Assembly (NCBI GenBank): GCA_038315875.1
Contig: JBBQAG010000001.1
Span: forward strand, 523-64,522
From: Sphingomonadales bacterium
Lineage (GTDB): Bacteria > Pseudomonadota > Alphaproteobacteria > Sphingomonadales > Sphingomonadaceae
DNA length: 64,000 bases
Direction of reading: 5' to 3'
Made by a program: the position numbers and the translations under genes. Of this stretch, positions 17,938 through 25,897 are shown in pieces. The notes under the pieces were generated by a model. It was not told the origin of the DNA and ran no database searches. It worked only from the letters and a program-made list of their open reading frames with translations. Numbering within the stretch: the stretch's first letter is position 1; each line of letters begins with the position of its first letter.

Positions 17938-18106
17938 ATCTTGTCCTGGAGAGTGTAAGCGAATGGAGTGTTGCCGAACTGTTACACTCCACTCCCGGGC
18001 AATGCGTTGGCGCGAGGGGAATGACGATGCAGGATCGACACCCGCCTTTTAACGGCGTCCAGTGGCCGGCGAATGGCTTGGTTCGAGCCAAGGGGAGGCC
18101 TCCCCA

Positions 18107-18538
18107 ATGAGCACGGCGCTATTCAACGCCTATGCCGCTGCCTAGAGCACGGGCCGGGCAGAGGCGATTACCGACTTTTGGGATCGTTCAGCATTTCGCT
18201 TTTACAAGGCAGAAGAGGTGGCCGATATCTTCACCACCTGGGAAGAAGTCGAGCGGTACTGGCACGGCAATGAGGCGATGCATGAAACCGTGCGGCTAGG
18301 TTTTTCCGATATCATGCCCGTCCCGCTGGATGGCCGGTTCAGCCTGCTGATCGCGCGGATGCGCTGGGATATCCGTTTTGCAACCAGCGCGCCTGCCGCC
18401 GTTGCCGGGCGAGCGATGGGCGGTGACAATCATGTGGTTGCGTTGATCGCGGGCGATAGTTTTGCTGGCTGGTGCGAGGCGCCTGATGCCGCGATCAGCT
18501 ATATCCGGCGGCTGTATGAGGATTCCGCACGGCTTTAA
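18107..18538 (+). pseudogene. NTF2/SnoaL-like frame interrupted by an in-frame TAG (18143-18145)
   Basis: SD GGAGG then ATG 18107: MSTALFNAYAAA*STGRAEAITDFWDRSAFRFYKAEEVADIFTTWEEVERYW..., continuous with ORF 18218-18538. Fold assignment is by pattern only. Confidence 0.65.
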
Positions 18539-18574
18539 ACTTTGGCGCTTGCGTCGTTCCGGCGGTTAGGTAGC

Positions 18575-18586
18575 TTGTCCGGACAA
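18575..18586. promoter_or_regulatory. Palindromic operator copy 3 (TTGTCCGGACAA, perfect)
   Basis: Overlaps a plausible -10 TAGCTT (18571-18576), with -35 TTGCGT (18549-18554) and a 16-nt spacer; 16 nt before the DUF1330 start. Confidence 0.8.
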
Positions 18587-18602
18587 ATTGGGAGCCCGAT
18601 CG

Positions 18603-18908
18603 ATGCCCGCCTACATGATCGTGACCGCCAAGATCGCCGATCGCGAGGCATTTATCGGCGGCTATGGCCAGGCGGCGGCCAAGCTCGTCGCTCAATTCGG
18701 CGGCAGATATGTGCTGCGCGGGCCCGGCGTGTCCTTGCTGGAGGGCGATTTCGGCGAGGGCGCATCAATGGTGATTTCCGAATGGCCCGATCGTGCGGCT
18801 GCCGAGGCATTCTGGAACTCGCCCGATTATGCCGAGGTGAAAAAACTGCGCGCAGGCATCGCCGATTGCCAGGTGCTGCTGATCGAGGCACCGACGATCA
18901 ATGGCTGA
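18603..18908 (+). CDS. DUF1330 family protein
   Basis: MPAYMIV...FGGRYVLRG...LEG...VISEWPDRAAAEAFWNSPDYAEVKKLR. Confidence 0.88.
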   Translation: MPAYMIVTAKIADREAFIGGYGQAAAKLVAQFGGRYVLRGPGVSLLEGDFGEGASMVISEWPDRAAAEAFWNSPDYAEVKKLRAGIADCQVLLIEAPTING

Positions 18909-19377
18909 TTACGCGCCCGATCTGATCAAGCGGACGACGCTGATCGTGCGTGACATCGAGGCGGCAGCGCCTTGGTATGAGCAGGTTTTCGGCATGACGC
19001 GGGTAATGGATACCCCCTTCACGCTTTCTGGAACGCAGCTCGCGGCGGGAGCCAAGGGCGACAAGACCCGGCTGGTCATCCTGAAATGCGCCGATGATCT
19101 GGTTGGCATGATCGGCTTGCTTCAATGGGTCGACCCGGCGATGCCAGCACCAGCCGAATTGCCGACGCGGATCGCCTTTGGTACGCCGATCTTCGTCGTG
19201 GCGGCAACCGACTGCCGCGCGACGACTGACCGCGCGCGCGATGCTGGCAGCCGCATCCACAGCGAACCGCGCGACTGGACGGTGACGGGATTCGACGGCA
19301 CGGAGCAGGCGATGGTCGGCGCAAGCTTCTTCGATCTCGACGGCTATTTCTTTGAAGTGAACGAGCGCGTGGCTTGA
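18901..19377 (+). CDS. VOC/glyoxalase family protein
   Basis: RTTLIVRDIEAAAPWYEQVFGM; FFDLDGYFFEVNE. Confidence 0.82.
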   Translation: MADYAPDLIKRTTLIVRDIEAAAPWYEQVFGMTRVMDTPFTLSGTQLAAGAKGDKTRLVILKCADDLVGMIGLLQWVDPAMPAPAELPTRIAFGTPIFVVAATDCRATTDRARDAGSRIHSEPRDWTVTGFDGTEQAMVGASFFDLDGYFFEVNERVA

Positions 19378-19817
19378 GCGGCGTGCGGTTCCAGCGGGGC
19401 AACCACGTCGTCGCCGATCTTGATCGGGCACTCTGCTTTTATCAGGGCGTGCTGGGCTTCGACGTGACATTCACGCTGCCGCACAACCCGGAAAGCTATT
19501 CCTTTCCCGTCTTCGATATCCCGCCCGAGGCCAGGATGCGCTTTTGCGTGCTGTCGACGCAGACGCAGGAACGCGTGATGGCATTGACCGAGATCGCCGC
19601 GGTTGCTCTCGCCCCGGTGCCACACCCTCGCCGATCGGCGATCGTGTTGGAAATAGAGGATCCCGATGCAGTCATGGCGGGTGCCCGCGCGCTCGGCCTC
19701 AGGGTTTATGACGAGGAAGTGCTGAAGACCAAGGACGGGCGCGTTGGCCGGGAGATCGGCATCGTCGATTTCGATGACAATCTGGTGGTGATCTACAAGA
19801 TCACTGGCGCCGCATGA
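19374..19817 (+). CDS. VOC/glyoxalase family protein
   Basis: TTG start overlapping the upstream TGA; RGNHVVADLDRALCFYQGVLGF; GIVDFDDNLVVIY. Confidence 0.78.
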   Translation: MSGVRFQRGNHVVADLDRALCFYQGVLGFDVTFTLPHNPESYSFPVFDIPPEARMRFCVLSTQTQERVMALTEIAAVALAPVPHPRRSAIVLEIEDPDAVMAGARALGLRVYDEEVLKTKDGRVGREIGIVDFDDNLVVIYKITGAA

Positions 19818-21124
19818 ACGAGGCAATGGAGGCCCCCTATCCAGCGTCGCGCACCGCCTGGACGATGGTGTTGCTGCTGACGCTTGCCTACGTCTTCTCG
19901 TTTGTCGATCGCTATATCCTTGGCCTGCTGATTGAGCCGATCAAGGCCGATTTGCATTTTTCCGATGAGAAGATCGGCTATCTGCTGGGCCCTGCCTTCG
20001 CGCTTTTCTATGCGACGATCGGTGTGCCGCTCGGCTGGCTTGCGGATCGGGCGCGACGGACGTGGATCGTCGCGGCAGGCATCACCCTTTGGAGCCTTGC
20101 GACCGCGGCTTCGGGGATGGCGCGCGGCTTTGGCGGGCTGTTCGTCGCGCGGATGAGCGTTGGCGTTGGCGAGGCGACGCTCAGCCCTTCTGCGATGTCG
20201 ATGATCAGCGACAGTTTTCCGCCCGAAAAGCGCGGAGCGCCGATCGGCGTCTATTCGGCAGCGTTGTCGCTTGGCGCGGGCGTCGCTTCGCTCATCGGGG
20301 CGGCAGTGCTCGGTTGGGCAAAAGTATCGAGCGGCATGACGCTGCCATTGCTCGGCGCAGTGAAGCCTTGGCAATTTGCCTTCCTCGCGGTTGGCCTGCC
20401 GGGATTGTTGATCGCCATCGCTTTCCTGTTTCTACCGGAGCCGCTGCGTCGGCGTGGGCCCGGCAATGCCCAGGCAGCGGGCTTTGGCGCTACGATCGGG
20501 TTCGTCGGCCGGCAGATCGGCGCGTTCGGGGGCATGACGCTGCTGGTCGCCGTCATGACGATCATTGCCTATTCGCAAGGCTTCAACCCCGCTGCCTTTG
20601 CCCGCACCTATGGCTGGGAGGCCAAGGATTATGCGCTTGTGAATGGCCTGATCATCCTCGTCGTTGGGCCAGCAACGGTCTATTCGACTGGCGCGATCGT
20701 CGATCGCTGGCGCAAGAACGGCACCCGCGACGCGGCGTTCCGGATGCTGAGCTATGGCTTTGTCGCGATGCTACCGCTCAGCGCCGTCCCATTGTTCATG
20801 CCCACCCCTACCCTCGCCTTTGTGATGCTTGCGCTAAGCTCGGCTTCAATCGGCACGGTAACCGCAGCCGGGATCATCGCGCTGCTCGACATCACGCCAG
20901 GCGCCTCGCGTGCGACGATCGTGTCGCTTTACTACATGCTGATCAGCATCGCCGGGCTGGGCCTTGGACCGACAACGGTGGGCGTGCTTTCCACGCGCGT
21001 TTTCGGCGAGGCCAATCTGCGGGCTGCGGTGGGATCGGTGCCGCTGATCTATGGCCTGGTCCCGTTGCTGTTGCTGCCGCTCATCGCGCGCACTTATCGG
21101 GCGCAGCTGGCGCGGACGACGTGA
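19814..21124 (+). CDS. MFS transporter (spinster-like)
   Basis: About 12 hydrophobic segments; FSFVDRYILGLL; motif A GWLADRARR; RMSVGVGEA. Confidence 0.92.
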   Translation: MNEAMEAPYPASRTAWTMVLLLTLAYVFSFVDRYILGLLIEPIKADLHFSDEKIGYLLGPAFALFYATIGVPLGWLADRARRTWIVAAGITLWSLATAASGMARGFGGLFVARMSVGVGEATLSPSAMSMISDSFPPEKRGAPIGVYSAALSLGAGVASLIGAAVLGWAKVSSGMTLPLLGAVKPWQFAFLAVGLPGLLIAIAFLFLPEPLRRRGPGNAQAAGFGATIGFVGRQIGAFGGMTLLVAVMTIIAYSQGFNPAAFARTYGWEAKDYALVNGLIILVVGPATVYSTGAIVDRWRKNGTRDAAFRMLSYGFVAMLPLSAVPLFMPTPTLAFVMLALSSASIGTVTAAGIIALLDITPGASRATIVSLYYMLISIAGLGLGPTTVGVLSTRVFGEANLRAAVGSVPLIYGLVPLLLLPLIARTYRAQLARTT

Positions 21125-21423
21125 AGCATTTCACGATCATATGCTGGGATGCCCATGGTTCGGCGCCGATCCGCGCGTCTGCTCGCGACGCGCACTTCGC
21201 CCGCACTGAGGCAATCATCGACCGTCTGGCCATCGCCGGCCCGCTGAAAGACGCAAGCGGCGCGTTTACTGGATCGCTGGTAATTGTTACCGCCGAGGAC
21301 GAGGCTGGCGCGCGTGCAATTCTGGAAGGTGACCCCTATTTTGCGGCAGGCGTATGGGCCCGCTTTGAAATCAGCGAGTTCGTGCCTGCTGCCGGCGGCT
21401 GGATCGGTGGCAAGATCTGGTAA
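21121..21423 (+). CDS. YciI family protein
   Basis: GTG 21121 overlaps the MFS stop; RDAHF, AGPLKD, TGSLVIV, DPYFAAGVW. Confidence 0.85.
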   Translation: MKHFTIICWDAHGSAPIRASARDAHFARTEAIIDRLAIAGPLKDASGAFTGSLVIVTAEDEAGARAILEGDPYFAAGVWARFEISEFVPAAGGWIGGKIW

Positions 21424-21434
21424 GGATGTAAAAG

Positions 21435-22409
21435 ATGGCACGCGCTGCAATCATCAGAAGCACGGGCGGCCCAGAGGTGATCGAGTGGACCGATATCGAC
21501 CTGCCGCCACCGGGCGCAGGCGAAGTGCGATTTGAAACCCGGGCGGCGGGCCTCAATTTCATCGACACCTATCACCGGCGGGGCATCTACCCGATCGATC
21601 TACCCAGCGGCCTGGGTATGGAGGGCGCGGGTGAGATTTCCGCAATTGGCGAGGGGGTGACAACGCTTGCTGTTGGAGACCGCGTCGCAACCTTTGGCCC
21701 TCAACGGGGCGCCTATGCGACTGCGCGCAACCTGCCCGCAACGTCGCTGTTCAGGCTGCCCGATTCGATCGATTTCGAGACAGCGGCAGCCGCGCTGTTG
21801 AAGGGCTGCACCGCCGAATTCCTCGCTGAGCGTGTCGCACACGTGATGCCGGGGGATTGGGTGCTGGTGCATGCCGCCGCCGGTGGCGTCGGGCTGATCC
21901 TGGTGCAGTGGCTGAAGGCAATCGGCGCCAGGGTGATCGGCACGGTCGGCAGTGAGGACAAGGCGGCGCTGGCGCGCAGCGCCGGGGCTGACGAGGTCAT
22001 CCTGTATCGCCACGAAGACATTGCCAAGCGGGTGCGCGATATCACCAGCGGCGCGGGCGTACGGGTGGCGTATGACGGGATCGGTCAGGCGACCTGGAAC
22101 GCTTCGCTCGATTCAACCGGCCGGCGCGGGATCATCGTCAGCTATGGCAATGCCGATGCGCCCGTGACGGGGGTCGCGCTCGGCATCCTCGCGACCAAGG
22201 GCTCGCTCTACAATACCCGGCCGACGCTGTTCGATTATTACACCACGCCCGAAGAGCGAGCAGCGGGCGCCGCACGGCTTTGGGAGATGATCGCGGGCGG
22301 CAAGGTGAAGGTGACGATTGGGCAGCGCTATCAGCTTGAAGATGCCGCGCAGGCGCACCGTGACCTCGAAGGCCGCCATACCCATGGATCGACGTTGCTG
22401 GTGCCCTGA
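21435..22409 (+). CDS. qor: NADPH:quinone oxidoreductase (zeta-crystallin/MDR family)
   Basis: GLNFIDTYHRRGIYP, LGMEGAG, VLVHAAAGGVG, YDGIG, GSTLL. Confidence 0.88.
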   Translation: MARAAIIRSTGGPEVIEWTDIDLPPPGAGEVRFETRAAGLNFIDTYHRRGIYPIDLPSGLGMEGAGEISAIGEGVTTLAVGDRVATFGPQRGAYATARNLPATSLFRLPDSIDFETAAAALLKGCTAEFLAERVAHVMPGDWVLVHAAAGGVGLILVQWLKAIGARVIGTVGSEDKAALARSAGADEVILYRHEDIAKRVRDITSGAGVRVAYDGIGQATWNASLDSTGRRGIIVSYGNADAPVTGVALGILATKGSLYNTRPTLFDYYTTPEERAAGAARLWEMIAGGKVKVTIGQRYQLEDAAQAHRDLEGRHTHGSTLLVP

Positions 22410-22452
22410 GGCACGTCGAAAGCAACGCGTCGACCCAGCTTGGCACCCGCGA

Positions 22453-23085
22453 TCAGCCGCGCGACTTCATGCCTTGCACGCGGTGCCAGACATAATAGCC
22501 CGCAGCACCAAGCAACAGCACTGCGATGAGCGCATCGGCACTGTGAAAAGCGGCCTTCAGCCACGGGCTGCTGTTCCACTGCTCGCCCAGCTTCATTCCC
22601 ACCCAGGCAAGCCCGAAGCACCACGGCCAGGAGCCAACGAAAGTGTAGATATGGAATGGCAGCACGGGCATCCGCGCCATACCAGCGGGAAAGGCGATGA
22701 AAGAGCGGATGACTGGCAGCAGCCGCCCGATCAGCACCGCCGAATTGCCGAACCGAGCGAAAAAACGATCGGCGGCGTCAAGTTCACCCGGCCCGATCAG
22801 CAGATAGCGACCCCAGCGCTCGATCGCCGGGCGCCCGCCCCGCTTGCCGAGCTCATAGGCCGGGATCGAGCCCAGATTGCATCCGATCGCTCCCGCCGTT
22901 GCCGCCAGATACAGGTTGAACAGCCCGGTTGAGACCAGATAACCCGCAAAAGGCATGATGATTTCCGAAGGCAGGGGAATGCATGCCGATTCGATTGCCA
23001 TCAGCAGCGCGATGCCAAGATAGCCGCCGGATGAAATCACCCAGATGGTGAAGCCGGCCAATACCCCAAGAATTTGCTCGATCAT
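22453..23085 (-). CDS. DedA family membrane protein
   Basis: MAIESACIPLPSEIIMPFAG, FFARFG, GRLLPVIRSFIAFPAG. Confidence 0.92.
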   Translation of the reverse strand: MIEQILGVLAGFTIWVISSGGYLGIALLMAIESACIPLPSEIIMPFAGYLVSTGLFNLYLAATAGAIGCNLGSIPAYELGKRGGRPAIERWGRYLLIGPGELDAADRFFARFGNSAVLIGRLLPVIRSFIAFPAGMARMPVLPFHIYTFVGSWPWCFGLAWVGMKLGEQWNSSPWLKAAFHSADALIAVLLLGAAGYYVWHRVQGMKSRG

Positions 23086-23166
23086 GGTACCGCGATTGCG
23101 CGAAGCGGCTGCAGAATGGAAGCGCTTTGTTGCAGTGCCGCAGGCTGTTTTGGCCGGGCACCACCA

Positions 23167-23655
23167 TCATTCGCGCTCGTCGCTGCCTGGCGGCGATGCC
23201 TCGGCGCGCGCAATTTCGCGTGGCTTGCGCGCTTCAAAAATCTCCGCGAGCCGCGCTGTCTCCTTCGCCGAAAGATCCTTGGCGGCAGAGGGAAACATCT
23301 CCTCCTCTTCTTCATCGATATGATGTTCATAACGATCGCGCATGGCCTTGAAGCGCGTCAGCCACGCACCCGATGCCATATCGATCTCGCTCAGCTCGCC
23401 CAGAAAATCGTCGATTTCCTTGTGCTCCGAAACCGAATGACGGGCATCATCGCGAAGATCGGGCTTCGCCAGCATGGTCGCATAGAGCGATTCCTCCTCG
23501 GCCGCTGCATGTGCCGAAACTTCGATCTTGAACGCATCGAACAAGGCGCGGCGCTCGCCACTGTCACCGCTGGTCTCGCCGATCTGGCGCAGCAAGGTGC
23601 GGTGCTTGTCGTGATCGGCCTTCAGGTCGGCGAAAATCTGCGCAGTCGTCATCAT
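23167..23655 (-). CDS. Hemerythrin/HHE cation-binding domain protein
   Basis: LKADHDKHR, HAAAEEESLY, HSVSEHKEID, HHIDEEEEEMFP; SD GGAG before ATG 23655. Confidence 0.88.
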   Translation of the reverse strand: MMTTAQIFADLKADHDKHRTLLRQIGETSGDSGERRALFDAFKIEVSAHAAAEEESLYATMLAKPDLRDDARHSVSEHKEIDDFLGELSEIDMASGAWLTRFKAMRDRYEHHIDEEEEEMFPSAAKDLSAKETARLAEIFEARKPREIARAEASPPGSDERE

Positions 23656-23679
23656 GAGTCTCCGATTGTCGACTGTCTC

Positions 23680-23705
23680 AACCAGCGATCTCACGCAAAG
23701 TTGCC
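23680..23705 (-). promoter_or_regulatory. Putative EcfG/sigmaT (general stress response) promoter
   Basis: Minus strand GGCAAC-N17-GTT, 25 nt upstream of the hemerythrin start; one mismatch to GGAAC-N17-GTT. Confidence 0.5.
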
Positions 23706-23804
23706 GACGCTCTCTCCAAATCCTCTCGAAGCTGATCGGCGCCGACGAGCGCAGAGCAAACCATCTGCGCTGTCTGGTGATTGGCAAGCGACGCGCTCAC
23801 CTGA

Positions 23805-24323
23805 TCAACCGAACAGGAACTGGCCAAGCATCCGGTTGAAGGGAAAGGTGAAGAACCCAGCGATGAGAAGCGCGCCCGTCACCATCCCGCGCACCGATCG
23901 CCGATGCACGGCGAGGCGGTGGTGCCGCGCGGACCACCAGATCAGCGGCACTTGAAACAACGTCCATGCCGACAAGATGTGGATGATGCTGAAATTGCCG
24001 TGATTGGCGTTGCGGATTCCCAGCGAGATGAGCGCAGTGGCCAGCATCGCTGCGACCCAGATCGTGCCCAGCGCCCGGTGCGGACGATCACCGCGGCGGC
24101 GCAACAGCATGATCGGGGTCAGCGCCAGCGCGATCATCATCGATCCCAGATGCAGCCACACGAGCACCGGCACCTGGCCCCAATGACGATTACCACGCAG
24201 CAGGGCAGCAATGACGAAGGCGAGCAGGATTGCCGCTGCAATCGCCAGCACCCGCTCAAATCGGTCTGGCGCCAGCGAAGGCGGGGCCTTGCCGGCGCGT
24301 GTCGCGATCGTCGCCATCATCAT
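23805..24323 (-). CDS. DUF2306-like membrane protein
   Basis: Five hydrophobic segments with conserved His: WLHLG, RGDRPHRALGTIW, FSIIHILS, HRRSVRG. Confidence 0.75.
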   Translation of the reverse strand: MMMATIATRAGKAPPSLAPDRFERVLAIAAAILLAFVIAALLRGNRHWGQVPVLVWLHLGSMMIALALTPIMLLRRRGDRPHRALGTIWVAAMLATALISLGIRNANHGNFSIIHILSAWTLFQVPLIWWSARHHRLAVHRRSVRGMVTGALLIAGFFTFPFNRMLGQFLFG

Positions 24324-24352
24324 CCCCCCGGATCAGCGTAGCTGGCGCGCGA

Positions 24353-24757
24353 TCAGCGTTGCGGCTGATCCGCCCGTTCTGCAGCCCTCTTCGCCTTGCG
24401 TTCGCGCAGCGACTGTTGGAACAATTGGTTCTGACATCCCGATGCGCCGCCGATCCCGGCCGCGCTGCAGCTTCCAGTCCCGGTCTGGCCGACATCCTGC
24501 ACCGACTGTTGCCGCACCGCCCAGCTTTCATATTCGGGCTTGATCGTGCCCTGGCGAAGTTCCTTGGGGATGCGGAACTGCTCGGCCGCCGGGCGACGCT
24601 GACAGACGACGATTTCGTTACCGTCGGTATCGGTCGGGCATTTGTCCTTGTCGCCATATAGGATGATCACGCCGCCGACGGGCGCATCCTGCGCAAACGC
24701 AGGCGCACCTACCGCCACCGTTGCAGCCAAGGCCGCCCAAATTGCCAGCTTCGCCAT
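24353..24757 (-). CDS. Secreted hypothetical protein
   Basis: Signal peptide; CPTDTDGNEIVVC...GSCSAAGIGGASGC. Confidence 0.7.
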   Translation of the reverse strand: MAKLAIWAALAATVAVGAPAFAQDAPVGGVIILYGDKDKCPTDTDGNEIVVCQRRPAAEQFRIPKELRQGTIKPEYESWAVRQQSVQDVGQTGTGSCSAAGIGGASGCQNQLFQQSLRERKAKRAAERADQPQR

Positions 24758-24868
24758 CACATCATCTCCCTACAGCAGTTCCAAGGCAGGCGACATCACC
24801 TGCCAGCTCGAACCGCGACAATACAAATCCGGCACTCAAACCGATACGCGCCGGCGCGTGCATCGGTT

Positions 24869-25405
24869 TCATATCCGTTTTGCCGTTGCGATGGCGATGC
24901 GGCAGCCCAGGCGAATGGCACCGCTCAACAAAGGATAGCCAGGCGCGCGCTCAGCGCCCGATGCAAGAGCGGTATCACGGTGTTCCAGTTCATCGGCCTG
25001 AAAATCGGCGATTGCAGCTGAAAGCTCGGGATCGCTATTGCCAAGCTGCACCAGCTGTTCCGAATAATGTTTGTCGATCTCGGTTTCCACCGCCGCCGTG
25101 CATGCCATTGCTGCTTCCGGACCGATTGCCGCAGTTACGGCACCTAATGCAAAACCGGCCACATCCCAGATCGGCTGGAGCAATGTCGGTCGCACCCGGC
25201 GGGTGGCCATCATCTTGTCGAAAAAGGCACGATGCCGTTCTTCCTGCGCCGCCATTCCGGCAATCGCGCGCGCCGCCGCGCCGCGATCACCCATCACTGC
25301 CAGCTGGCCGGCATAAATGCGCGTCGCCCCAAATTCGCCAGCCTGATCGACGCGGATCATCGCATCGGTCCGGCGCTTCGCATCTCCCGGCTTCCAATCG
25401 CTCAT
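24869..25405 (-). CDS. coq7: Demethoxyubiquinone hydroxylase (Coq7 di-iron family)
   Basis: MIRVDQAGEFGATRIYAGQ, EERH, CTAAVETEIDKHY, DELEH. Confidence 0.93.
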   Translation of the reverse strand: MSDWKPGDAKRRTDAMIRVDQAGEFGATRIYAGQLAVMGDRGAAARAIAGMAAQEERHRAFFDKMMATRRVRPTLLQPIWDVAGFALGAVTAAIGPEAAMACTAAVETEIDKHYSEQLVQLGNSDPELSAAIADFQADELEHRDTALASGAERAPGYPLLSGAIRLGCRIAIATAKRI

Positions 25406-25893
25406 CAGCGGCCCTTTCGCAGCAACATCAGCATTATGGCCGAGCCGCCGGCAATCGAGAAGAGGGCATTAAAGCCAGCTAGCGAAATCCCGCCGAGCGT
25501 CCATTGCGGCGCATCACACCGCACCAGCGGCGCCGCCATCACACGCGCAAGCATGTCAGTCGCGCTGCCACCAGCGCCAGTGATGGTACTGCTGCAGGCC
25601 GTGATCCCCTGCCACCAATGATATTCGACGCCGGCATGGAACACGCCGATCGCGCCGCTCGTCAGGATTGCCAACGCCGCCAGGGCGACCAGCACCCGAC
25701 GCGCATCTGCGCCGGGAACGACAAAGGAGAGCGCTGCCAGGGCGATCGCGGCATAATGCGGCCAGCGCTGCCAATAGCACATCTCGCATGGGTAAAGCCC
25801 GCCCAGGAACTGCGATCCAATCGCGCCCGCCATCAGCGCAAGCGGCACCAAAAGGGCGATCAGCCGTGCAGCCCGGAAATCCCCCAATGCCAC
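25405..25893 (-). CDS. dsbB: Disulfide bond formation protein B family
   Basis: PCEMCYWQRWP, FHAGVEYHWW, C...VRCD; probable GTG start 25893. Confidence 0.88.
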   Translation of the reverse strand: MALGDFRAARLIALLVPLALMAGAIGSQFLGGLYPCEMCYWQRWPHYAAIALAALSFVVPGADARRVLVALAALAILTSGAIGVFHAGVEYHWWQGITACSSTITGAGGSATDMLARVMAAPLVRCDAPQWTLGGISLAGFNALFSIAGGSAIMLMLLRKGR

Positions 25894-25897
25894 TGAA

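Noticed and set aside
18143-18145. Pyrrolysine recoding of the amber codon
   Set aside because: No pyl genes or tRNA in the window and not expected in this lineage; mutation or sequencing error is simpler.
18218-18538. Stand-alone 106-aa gene from GTG 18218
   Set aside because: Protein-like sequence continues upstream in frame to an SD-preceded ATG at 18107; probably the 3' part of an interrupted gene, though restart at this GTG is possible.
24838-24869. Hairpin after coq7 as a terminator or sRNA
   Set aside because: The stem is real but has no clear U-tract beyond it, so its function cannot be supported.
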